Shown one piece after another: positions 29,978 through 39,600 of a DNA stretch of 64,000 nucleotides. This stretch comes from Sedimentisphaerales bacterium (GTDB lineage: Bacteria > Planctomycetota > Phycisphaerae > Sedimentisphaerales > SM23-30), in assembly GCA_963663965.2 (NCBI GenBank), contig CAXXFK010000001.1, positions 348,146-412,145 of the forward strand, in the 5' to 3' direction. Below the pieces are notes generated by a model, which was given only the letters and a program-made list of their open reading frames with translations, was not told where the DNA came from and did no database searches. Made by a program: the position numbers and the translations under genes. The stretch's first letter is position 1. Every line of letters starts with the position of its first letter.

Positions 29978-30132
29978 GGGCGGTTCGTGAACCGCCCATC
30001 ATACCCCTCCCGATTATCTTTTTTATCAAATCTCAAATTTCAAATCTCAGATCAGTCCCCCCCATCAACCACAACTCCACAACCACGAATTTTTATTGCC
30101 TTTAACCTCAGTGCCCTCTGAGTCCTCTGTGG
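29978..30132. repeat. Cluster of short intergenic repeats
   Basis: Hairpin GGGCGGTTC-GT-GAACCGCCC (29978-29997); 4x heptamer TCAAATY-like (30026-30053); 3x nonamer CCTCWGWGN (30106-30132). Confidence 0.7.
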
Positions 30133-30217
30133 TAAACCTGTTTTTATCCATTACCCAAACCGATCACAATATTCCCCACTCATCACCAACCATCCTGCAA
30201 TAAAAAACACCCCTCAC

Positions 30218-30246
30218 TTGCCTTTCCCTCTCAAATCTGGTACAAT
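30218..30246 (+). promoter_or_regulatory. Sigma70-type promoter upstream of the ankyrin gene
   Basis: TTGCCT-N17-TACAAT preceded by TGG (extended -10-like). Confidence 0.55.
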
Positions 30247-30384
30247 CCCACCATACAAATATTAATCCTGTTAGACATAGCTTCTCACATCCTAAGAGGT
30301 GATATATATGAGTAAAAATGTGGTTCTTATCAGTATTAACCTAAGGTCGTTACATAACCAGAAATAAAGGATTATTGCGCGATT

Positions 30385-30909
30385 ATGAATATACATATTT
30401 ATGCCGAATCAGGTAATATCGATGGTGTCCAGGCGGAATTGAATCAGGGTGTCGATATCGATTCCCTTGACAATCAGAATCATACACCTTTGATGCGCGC
30501 CCTGGCCAGTAAGGATGCTCCAATAGAAATGGTCCGGTTTTTATTGAATAAAGGCGCGGATGTAAATATAACCACTCAAAACCACTTGACTACGATACTG
30601 GACAATCCGGAATTACCAGATTCTATACTGGATATGGTACCGGATAATTTTAAAGATTTACTCAAAAGTGCTTCAGAACTGGCAAGTAAATCAGATTTAA
30701 AAGAGAATCCATTAAAAATTGCGGTTAAATCTGGCAATCTGGAAAAGGTCAAACTACTGGTTAGTGCCGGGACTGACATTCACTATCATTCAGACGATAG
30801 CGATATCCTCATTAATGCCTCTTACGGTTCTGATAAGTTTGGGGTCTTTATAAAACACAGTGAATATTATTTAGTTGACAACAACCCAGAAAAATCCATA
30901 ACCACTTAA
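30385..30909 (+). CDS. Ankyrin-repeat protein, probably C-terminally truncated
   Basis: IHIYAESGNIDGV, TPLMRAL...MVRFLLNKGADVN, NPLKIAVKSGNLEKVKLLVSAGTDI. The last repeat breaks off after DILINASYG. AT-rich. Confidence 0.8.
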   Translation: MNIHIYAESGNIDGVQAELNQGVDIDSLDNQNHTPLMRALASKDAPIEMVRFLLNKGADVNITTQNHLTTILDNPELPDSILDMVPDNFKDLLKSASELASKSDLKENPLKIAVKSGNLEKVKLLVSAGTDIHYHSDDSDILINASYGSDKFGVFIKHSEYYLVDNNPEKSITT

Positions 30910-30930
30910 TATAAAACGTGTTAATGACAT

Positions 30931-30959
30931 ATAAGCCCTATAGGCCCTATAAGACCTAT
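30931..30959. repeat. 9-bp tandem repeat
   Basis: ATAAGCCCT ATAGGCCCT ATAAGACCT AT. Confidence 0.65.
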
Positions 30960-31021
30960 TTTCTTAATACGCATACACGCAATAATTATATGTTATATTA
31001 ATAATATAATTATTAATTATA

Positions 31022-31050
31022 TTGACTTTCAACATAACACCCCCTATAAT
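31022..31050 (+). promoter_or_regulatory. Near-consensus sigma70 promoter for the orphan gene
   Basis: TTGACT-N17-TATAAT. Confidence 0.7.
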
Positions 31051-31125
31051 CCCAAAAGTCGGCCGCCAACGGTCAAACTCAGAATGTTTTTTATTAATTT
31101 GGTCTCCAGACAAAGAGGTGAATCC

Positions 31126-31791
31126 ATGAATCGTTCAATGCAAATTCTCGCCCGCGCCCAATACTACCACCGCCCCGAAATCAACAACCTCTTCCTCTCC
31201 ACCATCAACACCACCCGCCGCCAACACCAGTACATCATCGACACCCACTCCTACCACTGCGAACTGGCCGGCCTGATCGCTTACGACCGCCGCGACTACA
31301 AACTCCGCGCCACCCGCGCCGGCCACCAGGCCCTCCAGCGCCTCGTCGTCCAGTCCCGCTCCGACAACACCATCACCGCCCGCCGCGCCACCACCCAGCT
31401 CGTCCAGCAATTCATCAAAATCACCGACCCCTACAAAGACCTGATTTCCGAAACCCCGCCCACCGACCTGGAATACCAGCAGATCATCCAGCAATCCAAA
31501 GAAATCCTCTTCAACGCCGGCTACCAGATCACCCCCGCCATCCAGTGCGACCCCAACGCCACCCCTGAACCCGATAAAGAACCCGAAATCCCCCCAACAC
31601 CAAACGTTGAGCACAGCGAAATCCCGATCTATCGGGAAAGCCAATCCAACTACCCTCCAATGCGAAACGAACCCAACATCAATAATTACAACTATAACCA
31701 CAATTATAAAAATGACTTAAAACCATTCACTCCATCAGAAAATTCCCAGGACACCCCAACCAACACCACCCTCCAATGCCGCCACTACTAA
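31126..31791 (+). CDS. Hypothetical protein with Pro/Asn-rich tail (contains MRNEPN)
   Basis: AGAGGTG RBS before ATG 31126; strong C-ending codon bias over the first ~150 codons; no recognisable domain. Confidence 0.7.
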   Translation: MNRSMQILARAQYYHRPEINNLFLSTINTTRRQHQYIIDTHSYHCELAGLIAYDRRDYKLRATRAGHQALQRLVVQSRSDNTITARRATTQLVQQFIKITDPYKDLISETPPTDLEYQQIIQQSKEILFNAGYQITPAIQCDPNATPEPDKEPEIPPTPNVEHSEIPIYRESQSNYPPMRNEPNINNYNYNHNYKNDLKPFTPSENSQDTPTNTTLQCRHY

Positions 31792-32473
31792 TCCCTGACA
31801 ATGTAGGCCGCCGCCCACGCTGATCTAACAACCATGAGCGTAGCGAATACCAATACGAAACAAACCCAATGATGAAAATAATGACCCTAACCTCAACAAC
31901 GAAATGAGGTTAAACGAAAAGTTTAAAATCATCCGCCTCAAGGCCGCAGGTCCGCCTCAAGGCGGATACAAATAATATCTCGGAGACCGAAGGTCCGCCT
32001 CAGGAGGAGATCAAAAGCGCATAGCCCGCCAATTCATTGGCGGGGATACCCGAACCAGAGTTTAAAAATTTTCAACCCGCGCCTCGCAGAGGCGTACCGC
32101 CAGGATTTCGCACCGGAGGCGAAAGATAAACTAGAAAACGTAGGATGGGTAACCCCCGGTTACCCATGCCGCAGGTCCGCCGTGGCGGGCTGGTCTAACA
32201 ACCATGAGCGCAGCGAATACCATTACAAAACGAACCCAACGATAAAAAAAATCGGTCCTAACCTTAACCATAATTTGAACTTAACAAAAATAAGAACGAA
32301 CAAAACCATGAATAAATCCAACCACCATCAGACGGATAATTCATACCCCCCAACGGACGATATCCACCCCGGTCGAGATCTGCCGCCAGATCGAATCCCG
32401 CCCATCTCCCAATGCGAAACGAACCCAATCAAACTCCCCGGCCACAAATTCTCTTGTCAGAAAATCAGGGTTA
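31661..32473 (+). repeat. Array of bipartite CRAAACRAACCCAA / TAAC-N17-STTA motifs, including a ~95-bp imperfect direct repeat and REP-like hairpins
   Basis: First block at ~31663, 31856, 32226 and 32415; direct repeat 31824-~31920 vs 32194-~32290; hairpins at 31951, 32025, 32080, 32145 and 32177. Confidence 0.8.
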
Positions 32474-32506
32474 CCATAACATAAACCGTTGTTACCAATC
32501 CCATTA

Positions 32507-32683
32507 GGAGCCGTCCATAAATAAATGCTGCATTTATCGCACAGCTTGTCGTCAGATTCAGTTGCGCCGATTGAGCGAAACCGCAGGCAGTGCTGTTCTA
32601 TGTCGAGGATTTCGCGATTGAGAAGCAGATGAAGATGGCGGCAAGATGGGATGAAAATGAAGGTGTTATTTATGAACGGTTCC
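32507..32683. mobile_element. 177-bp MITE-like element with terminal inverted repeats and TTA target duplication
   Basis: Left end GGAGCCGTCCATAAATAA; right end reverse complement GGAACCGTTCATAAATAA (16/18). TTA at 32504-32506 and 32684-32686. No transposase. Confidence 0.8.
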
Positions 32684-32705
32684 TTAGATAGAAACGGAGG
32701 ATCCC

Positions 32706-33233
32706 ATGCACCCAGCCATCCAACTCATCCAGGGCGATATCACTCAACAGGCCGCCGACGCCATCGTCAATGCCGCCAACAGTTCACTCATGGGCGGCGG
32801 CGGAGTCGACGGCGCCATCCACCGCGCCGGCGGCCCCGCCATTCTTGCCGAATGCAAACAGATCGTCGCCCGCCAGGGCCGGCTCCCCACCGGCCAGGCA
32901 GTCATCACCACCGCCGGCAATCTGCCCTGCCGCTATGTCATCCATACCGTCGGCCCCGTCTGGCACGGCGGCAGCAGCAACGAATCCACCCTGCTGGCCG
33001 ACGCGTATCGTAACAGCCTGATCCTCGCCACCCGGAATGATCTCCAGACCATCGGTTTCCCATCCATCAGCACCGGCGCCTACCGCTTCCCCATCGACCT
33101 GGCCGCCCGAATAGCACTCCAAACTGTCAACAACTACCTTGAGCAGCATCCTCTGAAAGAAGTCCGCTTCGTCCTGTTCAGCGCCAGCGATCTGGCTACC
33201 TATCGCCAGGCCGCCGAAACACTTAATGAATAA
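32706..33233 (+). CDS. ymdB: Macro-domain O-acetyl-ADP-ribose deacetylase (YmdB-like)
   Basis: QGDIT, AIVNAANSSLMGGGGVDGAIHRAGG, VIHTVGPVW, FPSISTGAY. Confidence 0.93.
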   Translation: MHPAIQLIQGDITQQAADAIVNAANSSLMGGGGVDGAIHRAGGPAILAECKQIVARQGRLPTGQAVITTAGNLPCRYVIHTVGPVWHGGSSNESTLLADAYRNSLILATRNDLQTIGFPSISTGAYRFPIDLAARIALQTVNNYLEQHPLKEVRFVLFSASDLATYRQAAETLNE

Positions 33234-33239
33234 CAAACC

Positions 33240-34100
33240 ATGAATCCGGCCATTGACAAATTAAACCAGTTATTATCCCCCTGTCGCCTGTGCCCCCGGC
33301 ATTGCGGCGTCAACCGCCATGCCGGCCAAACCGGAGCCTGCGGTATCCCATCAATACCATGCGTCTCATCGGCGTCCCTTCACTTCGGCGAAGAAGCCTG
33401 CCTGGTAGGCCATGGCGGCAGCGGCGCCATATTTATCACCGGCTGTAATTTACATTGCGTATTCTGCCAGAACTACGACATCAGCCAACAGTTACATGGC
33501 GATCCTTGCGATAGCCGCCAGTTACTTAGTCTTGCCCGTAACCTGATCGATCACGGCTGCGAAAATATCAACTTCGTCACCCCCACCCACGTTTCTCACG
33601 CCGTGGCGGAAACCGTTATAGCATTACGTCAAACCCCCAGGCAAGTCCCTGTCGTTTACAATTGCGGCGGTTACGAATCAGTCGAAACACTCAAACTATT
33701 AGACGGCCTGATCGATATCTACATGCCCGACTATAAATACGCCCAATCTCACACCGCTCAAAAATATTCCGGCGTTCCCGACTACCCGGGCATAGCCAAC
33801 GCCGCCCTCACCGAAATGGCTCGCCAGGTTGGTCCGCTTCAGTTCGACCCACGCGGCGTAGCCTGTCGTGGTGTTCTCGTTCGTCACCTGGTCATGCCCA
33901 ACGATCTCGCAGACAGCAGAACAGTCATCGAAAACATCGCCCGCGTCGCACCGGGCTGCACCATCAATATCATGAGCCAGTATCGACCCGAATACCACGC
34001 CCATCACTATCCGGAATTAATGGATTACCCTAAGTCACATGATATTCATCAATTAAAACAATACGCCCGGGAACTCGGCTTAAAGCAGGAAAATATTTAA
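33240..34100 (+). CDS. PflX-like radical SAM protein
   Basis: CRLCPRHCGVNR...C, HFGEE, GCNLHCVFCQN, DIYMPDYKY, VRHLVMP, NIMSQYRP. Confidence 0.9.
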   Translation: MNPAIDKLNQLLSPCRLCPRHCGVNRHAGQTGACGIPSIPCVSSASLHFGEEACLVGHGGSGAIFITGCNLHCVFCQNYDISQQLHGDPCDSRQLLSLARNLIDHGCENINFVTPTHVSHAVAETVIALRQTPRQVPVVYNCGGYESVETLKLLDGLIDIYMPDYKYAQSHTAQKYSGVPDYPGIANAALTEMARQVGPLQFDPRGVACRGVLVRHLVMPNDLADSRTVIENIARVAPGCTINIMSQYRPEYHAHHYPELMDYPKSHDIHQLKQYARELGLKQENI

Positions 34101-34164
34101 CCTATTTGGTTGGAATTATAAGATAATGTGATATAATAAAGTGTCTAAATGATGGAGGAAAATC

Positions 34165-35869
34165 ATGAAGAAGATGGTGTGTTTATGGTTGTCACTGGCT
34201 GGTTTGGCTTTTTCACAATGTACTTCTCGACCCATAGCCGATGTTACCGGCGATTGCGTTGTGGATTTGAACGATCTTTCATTACTGGCCGGCCAATGGC
34301 TGATCGATTGCCAGACGAACCCAGCCAACGAAAACTGCTTATCAATTCCCACCCATTTCAATACCGGTGATCTGGTAATCACCGAAATCATGGTCAATCC
34401 GGATGTCGTTCCCGATGCCCAGGGTGAATGGTTCGAAGTAACCAATATCACCAACCAAACCGTCAATCTGGCCGGTCTGCAAATTATCGATCTGAAAACC
34501 AATGGCCATGTTATTTCAGAAAATCTCTTTCTGCCCCCGCATAGTCGCGCCGTTTTAGCCAATAACAATAATCCACTCGAAAACGGCCACCTCCCCGTTG
34601 ACTACTGCTATCAGGATTTTTCCCTCAATAACGATCAGGATGAAATTATTTTAGTTTCCGCCTATGGCAGACATATTGATTCGGTTCTGTACGATACAAC
34701 CAGCTGGCCCATCACGCCGGGTAAATCGATGGGTTTATCATCTGTCTTCACCGATTATATCTCGAACGATAATCCCGCGTACTGGTGCGAATCAACCTCG
34801 GTCTACGGCGATGGCGACCTGGGCACCCCCGGCGCTACTAATGATTCCTGCGGTTCGGCCCAGGAAGGTATCCTGGTCATCAGCGAAATCATGATTGATC
34901 CGGCCGCGGTAGGCGACGTGAATGGTGAATATATTGAATTATACAATGCCTCTTCTACCACCATTGACTTGCAGGGCTTCCGCCTGACCGGAGATGGCGC
35001 CGATGGATTTACGATCGACCAATCCCTGACTGTTCAGCCTGGCAAATATCTGCTTCTGGGTACCAACCCCGACACCCAATCCAATGGCGGCCTTACACTT
35101 GACTACCAATACAATTACTCCAGTTTAATATTAAATAACAGCGGCGACAGTATCCTTATAATGAGTGGCATGACTGTCATTGATCGGGTGGATTACACCT
35201 CGGCCTGGCCTTATACTTCCGGCGTCGCCATGAGCCTTAATCCCGAATACCTCAACGCCGCCGATAATGATGACAAAAATAACTGGTGCCTGGCAACCAG
35301 CCCCTATGGCGCCGGCGACCTGGGCACACCAGGTCAGGCCAACGACAGTTGCAACAACACCATCCAAATAGCGCCTGGCGACCTGGTCATTACCGAAATT
35401 ATGTACAATCCCAACGCCGTCACGGATTCCAGCGGCGAATGGTTCGAAATCTTAAACACCACAGACCATGAACTCAATCTGGAAGGTTTGATTATCAGAG
35501 ATGCCGGCAGCGATCACTTCACGATCATTGGCCCGCTACCCATCCAACCTGGTGAGTACATTGTTTTTGGTATCAACGCTGATCCCGCCGTCAATGGCAA
35601 TGTGTCCGTGGATTACCGCTACAGCTCAATGTCGCTAAGCAATACCAATGATGAAATCATTATCCTGAATGAGACAACCGTGATCGATCAGGTTTACTAC
35701 AATTGGGATTCTTTTCCCCACCCGCTTCCCGGCATGGCGCTTTCGCTGGGCAGCCCAATACCAAATGCGACAGACAACGATCTGGGCAGCAAACTGGTGT
35801 GGCGCGACAAGTAGTTATGGCAACGGCGATTACGGCACCCCCGGAACCGCTAACGGGGCGTGCCCATAA
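34165..35869 (+). CDS. Secreted protein with an N-terminal dockerin-like motif and three lamin-tail domains (~567 aa; one extra base near the 3' end)
   Basis: ADVTGDCVVDLNDLSLLAGQWL; three LV(I)TEIMxNP...GEWFE...GTPG units. Removing one A at 35791-35793 gives SNWCGATSSYGNGDYGTPGTANGACP*, matching the ends of repeats 1 and 2. Confidence 0.85.
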
Positions 35870-35885
35870 AACCGCCTGGCCAGAA

Positions 35886-36602
35886 TCAATCCATCAACCA
35901 CTCGGATGCGACAATCGTAAAGTCAGCCAGATCAACCAAGCCATCGCCATCCACCGGCTCGACATCCGCTGAAGGTGAACCGGGAACATTTAGCCACTGA
36001 CCGGCCAGCAAAGCCAGATCCAGCACATCCACCGCACCGTCAAAGTTGATATCCCCCCTGCTGAACACACCAAAAGTAACCGGAATAAAAGTTTTGGACT
36101 CAAACGCCGTCGCGTTTTCGTAATAATTCCAGTAATTAGCGCCATTTAACGATGCTTCCAGGGTATGATCACCCAATTTGGTAACCACATATTCCCCATG
36201 GGCTAACAATCGCGGCACATTATCATTGCCGACATTCAATTGTTTTACCCCCATTTGCATCACCGTCATATCACGCAACCGGGGCGCGGTCGAAGTGACC
36301 GTACCGCCTGTGACCAGCATGAACGCTTCATCGAGACCATACCCCGTATCAGCGAATTCCAATCCGGCTTTCATCGGCGGCTGAAGCGCTTCTCCCTGTG
36401 AATCATTCAGATTAGCCGCAATCAGGGCCACTCCTTTATTACTGCTGCCGGCAGGCACACTCCAGGCATAAATCGACCAGGATACCGTCTGGCCAATATG
36501 ATAGGCCGGCTGGTCCGTCTCCACCTTCACTTTGATTTCAATAGCGCTCGCCCACGTGGCAGCCAACAAGACGATCAGGGTTAAAAGAGTCATGCGGTTC
36601 AT
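35886..36602 (-). CDS. Secreted protein with an N-terminal beta-sandwich and C-terminal dockerin type I repeats
   Basis: Signal peptide MNRMTLLTLIVLLAATWASA after GAAGGAG; GDINFDGAVDVLDLALLAGQWL and ADVEPVDGDGLVDLADFTIVASEWL. Confidence 0.85.
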   Translation of the reverse strand: MNRMTLLTLIVLLAATWASAIEIKVKVETDQPAYHIGQTVSWSIYAWSVPAGSSNKGVALIAANLNDSQGEALQPPMKAGLEFADTGYGLDEAFMLVTGGTVTSTAPRLRDMTVMQMGVKQLNVGNDNVPRLLAHGEYVVTKLGDHTLEASLNGANYWNYYENATAFESKTFIPVTFGVFSRGDINFDGAVDVLDLALLAGQWLNVPGSPSADVEPVDGDGLVDLADFTIVASEWLMD

Positions 36603-36668
36603 AGTATATTCTCCTTCGGATAATGGTCGTATCAACTTAATCATTCAGTATATGCTAACGGATGGTCT

Positions 36669-39600
36669 TCATGAAATTCTATGGGTAGATTGTGACCGAT
36701 AGTCACGTAACAAATCATAAATATCACCGGTATTTCCCGATAATATACTTAAATTATTTTGAGTCTGCATCATTCGTTGTAAAGGTTCAGGCCGTTGTAA
36801 TCCAAATCGCGTCACGGTAGCAAAGGATGATGATTCATCAGTTGCAATAGCAATTCGGCTCTTTGCCCGCAAGGTCGGTCGACTTGTCAGCAAATCAGCA
36901 ATCAGGATATCATCACTTTGATCAGCTATGACTTCTGACCACTCAAGACCGTTTTCAACCTGAACGCTAACAACCTCTTCACTATCGGCCAAACCCTGGT
37001 CAATGCCGCTGACAGGATTATCCTTTTTGACGATCAGGTTATCGATATCGATGGCAGAATCAATCTGGACGGCTTCCACCTCAGCTTCAACAATCTCAAC
37101 AAGATCAGGTTCGACCATTAATCCAATTTCATCAGTGCCAATTGGATTAATTGAAGCACCCAGTACTGTTTCAGACTCAACCATCGCAAATTCAGTAATC
37201 GCATCGATTTCCTGAATAACTGGTTCAATAGCCGCTTGCTCCTCAATAACAGATTGTGGAGGTAAATCTCCCAGAACAATCGTCGGTGCAGGCGTAGGAA
37301 TGGCTTCAGGCAAGCCTTCAGGATTGTAACTCTGTTGCCAGAGCGCCAGATCGCCGCCATCAATCAAATTGTCCATATTCCAGTCACCCTGGCCCGGATT
37401 ATGGTAATAGGTTCTGCGGATTGGATCGTAATTGATCTGCCAGATGGCCAGATCACCGCCATCCACCTTGGCATCCCCATTGGCATCACAGAATAAACGG
37501 AAGAAATTCTGACTTGTAGCCCCCGTTGACCGGTCCACCGTCAGCCAGCCATCATCGACCCCATCAGTATCAGCCAGCGTATTACCCGCCGGATCGGCAA
37601 AAGCAGCAGTATTCAGCCTCAATTCATAACGGCCATCGGCCAGTGCCGTCAGATCAGATCCGGAAAGAGCATCCACAGTCAAATCGATCGTGAGGGTATT
37701 ATTATAACTATTCCACTGGAAATGCGCTTCATCCAGCCAGTTCACGGCAACTGTTGGCTGCGATTTGTCATACAATTTGACAACATCATCAATTGCCCCG
37801 CTGTCAATCAAACTCTGTACCGGCAACGCCTGACTGAATCGCAACGTTACCTGGTTCACATTCGAGCGCTGGACCTGACCACTATTGATCGTCACATGAT
37901 CTACCTGTGGCGAAGTATTATCTAATACTAAAGTCAGAATCTGATTCACGCCACCGTGCAGCAGATGGCCCGCCGCATCCTCGATACCGGCGGCTATCAG
38001 GGTGATTTGATAAGTCCCCTGCAACACCAATGGCGTAGTGAAATCGATTGTCAGCGATTGGGTATCCCAGATCAGGCTATCAGGAACAATCAGGTTGTTT
38101 TGCGGATCACGGATCTCGACATCCGCCGCCGTCCCGCTCACCGGCTCAGTAAACTGAACAGTTAACCGCGGTGTTGTATCACTGGTAACCGCATCGTTGG
38201 CGCTGGCGCCCGTGTCATTTACCACAATCAATGCTGCCACTTCCGGTGGATCTTTATCGATACTGAACTGACGGAAATAATTGTCGCCACCGGTGCCATT
38301 ACCATCCCCATCCAACGCAATACCAGCCAGATTACGCATTGACGAACCAACAACTGTCAATTGATAGCTGTCTGAAGGCAATTCGCCGTCCATCACCTGT
38401 AACAAGACCGTGGTAGCGCCGGAAATATATTCAGGTGATAATTCGTATATGATATCATCAATATCACCCAGAAACACCATTGGGCCCCGCTCCCGTTAAC
38501 CGATAATTGGCCGGAGCCAACGCATCACTCACCAGCAAAGGTTCATCAAAGAACAATCGGATCGAATCGGTTGAGCTCAAACTGTCAACCGCCTGATGAA
38601 TAAACTCTGGATTAGTATTAATAATAACCGGCGGTGTAGAATCGGTTCCGCCCAGATATTCATAAGCGCCAATATCTTTAAAGCCGGGCAAGAATACATA
38701 ATCCAAACTGTTAGCATTAGTTAGAATGGATTGTTCATTATATTCAGCCAGATCATAATTCTTGCCATCACCAATTCGAGATACCAATAGTCGGTGTAAG
38801 ATTTTGATTGCCACCACCATAATGAAATTCGATTTCTCCAGTATTATGTAGAGTAATGGCAAAATTTATATCACTATTATCTGTGTTCAAAGTGGCATCC
38901 CAGCGGAAAGTAATCTGATCCGCCACCGTAGTATCAATATAGATATCATCACCAGTGCCATTGGTTCTTATATCATCCCAGAGTGCGGCAATGCGTTTAT
39001 ACGAAAGGAGTTTTTCAGTACTGTTGGCTGAATCATTGGCATTAGTATTATTAACAAATTGCAGGAAACCTTCCGTGCTGACATAAAACTGAGTATAATC
39101 GACTCCATAGAATGGGAAGCTGAATGGGATGGTGTAACTCCATCTATAATTATCACTGCGCCAGTTCTGGGCGACTCCCACCAAAGCAAATTGACTGGTA
39201 CCCAGATTCTGTTCCCAATAATCATCACTACCCAGATTGACAGTGGCCGGATCATCAACACGGGGCATACCCGTGATATCCACTTTTGGACCAGCCCACG
39301 ACCAGCCCCGGTCAATCGCGGGAGAATCTTTCTTAATATAGAAGTTATCATCCAGTCCACCATCATACCCCTCACCGGCCGGATTATAACCCAATACATT
39401 ATCAGCTCCATTGATATCAACAAAGTTTGGATTCGCTGCCACGCTGTTGCCGTCAAATCCCCGGGCAGTCTGCCAGTCAGACAGGGTAGTATAAACGGTC
39501 GTACCCCAGATCGCCAGTTTCGCATTGGCAGTGCCACGATGATAAAGATTATAATCAGCCTGGAAGTTAGCCTGACTATTGGCGGCCACATTGAGAGCAT

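Noticed and set aside
31135..31701. 188-aa minus-strand ORF
   Set aside because: V/G-rich shadow of the C-ending codon bias of the plus-strand gene, which has the promoter and RBS.
31823..31915. Integron attC site (ATCTAAC...GTTAAAC)
   Set aside because: The interior does not form the long attC hairpin, the second repeat copy lacks GTT at the equivalent place, and there is no integrase or cassette array.
31661..32473. CRISPR array
   Set aside because: Repeats are degenerate, unevenly spaced (about 190-370 bp) and no cas genes are present.
32182..32484. 100-aa ORF within the repeat region
   Set aside because: GTG start inside a hairpin, no RBS, low-complexity translation of the repeats.
32651..33013. 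120-aa ORF starting in the MITE
   Set aside because: Out-of-frame overlap with the well-supported macro-domain gene.
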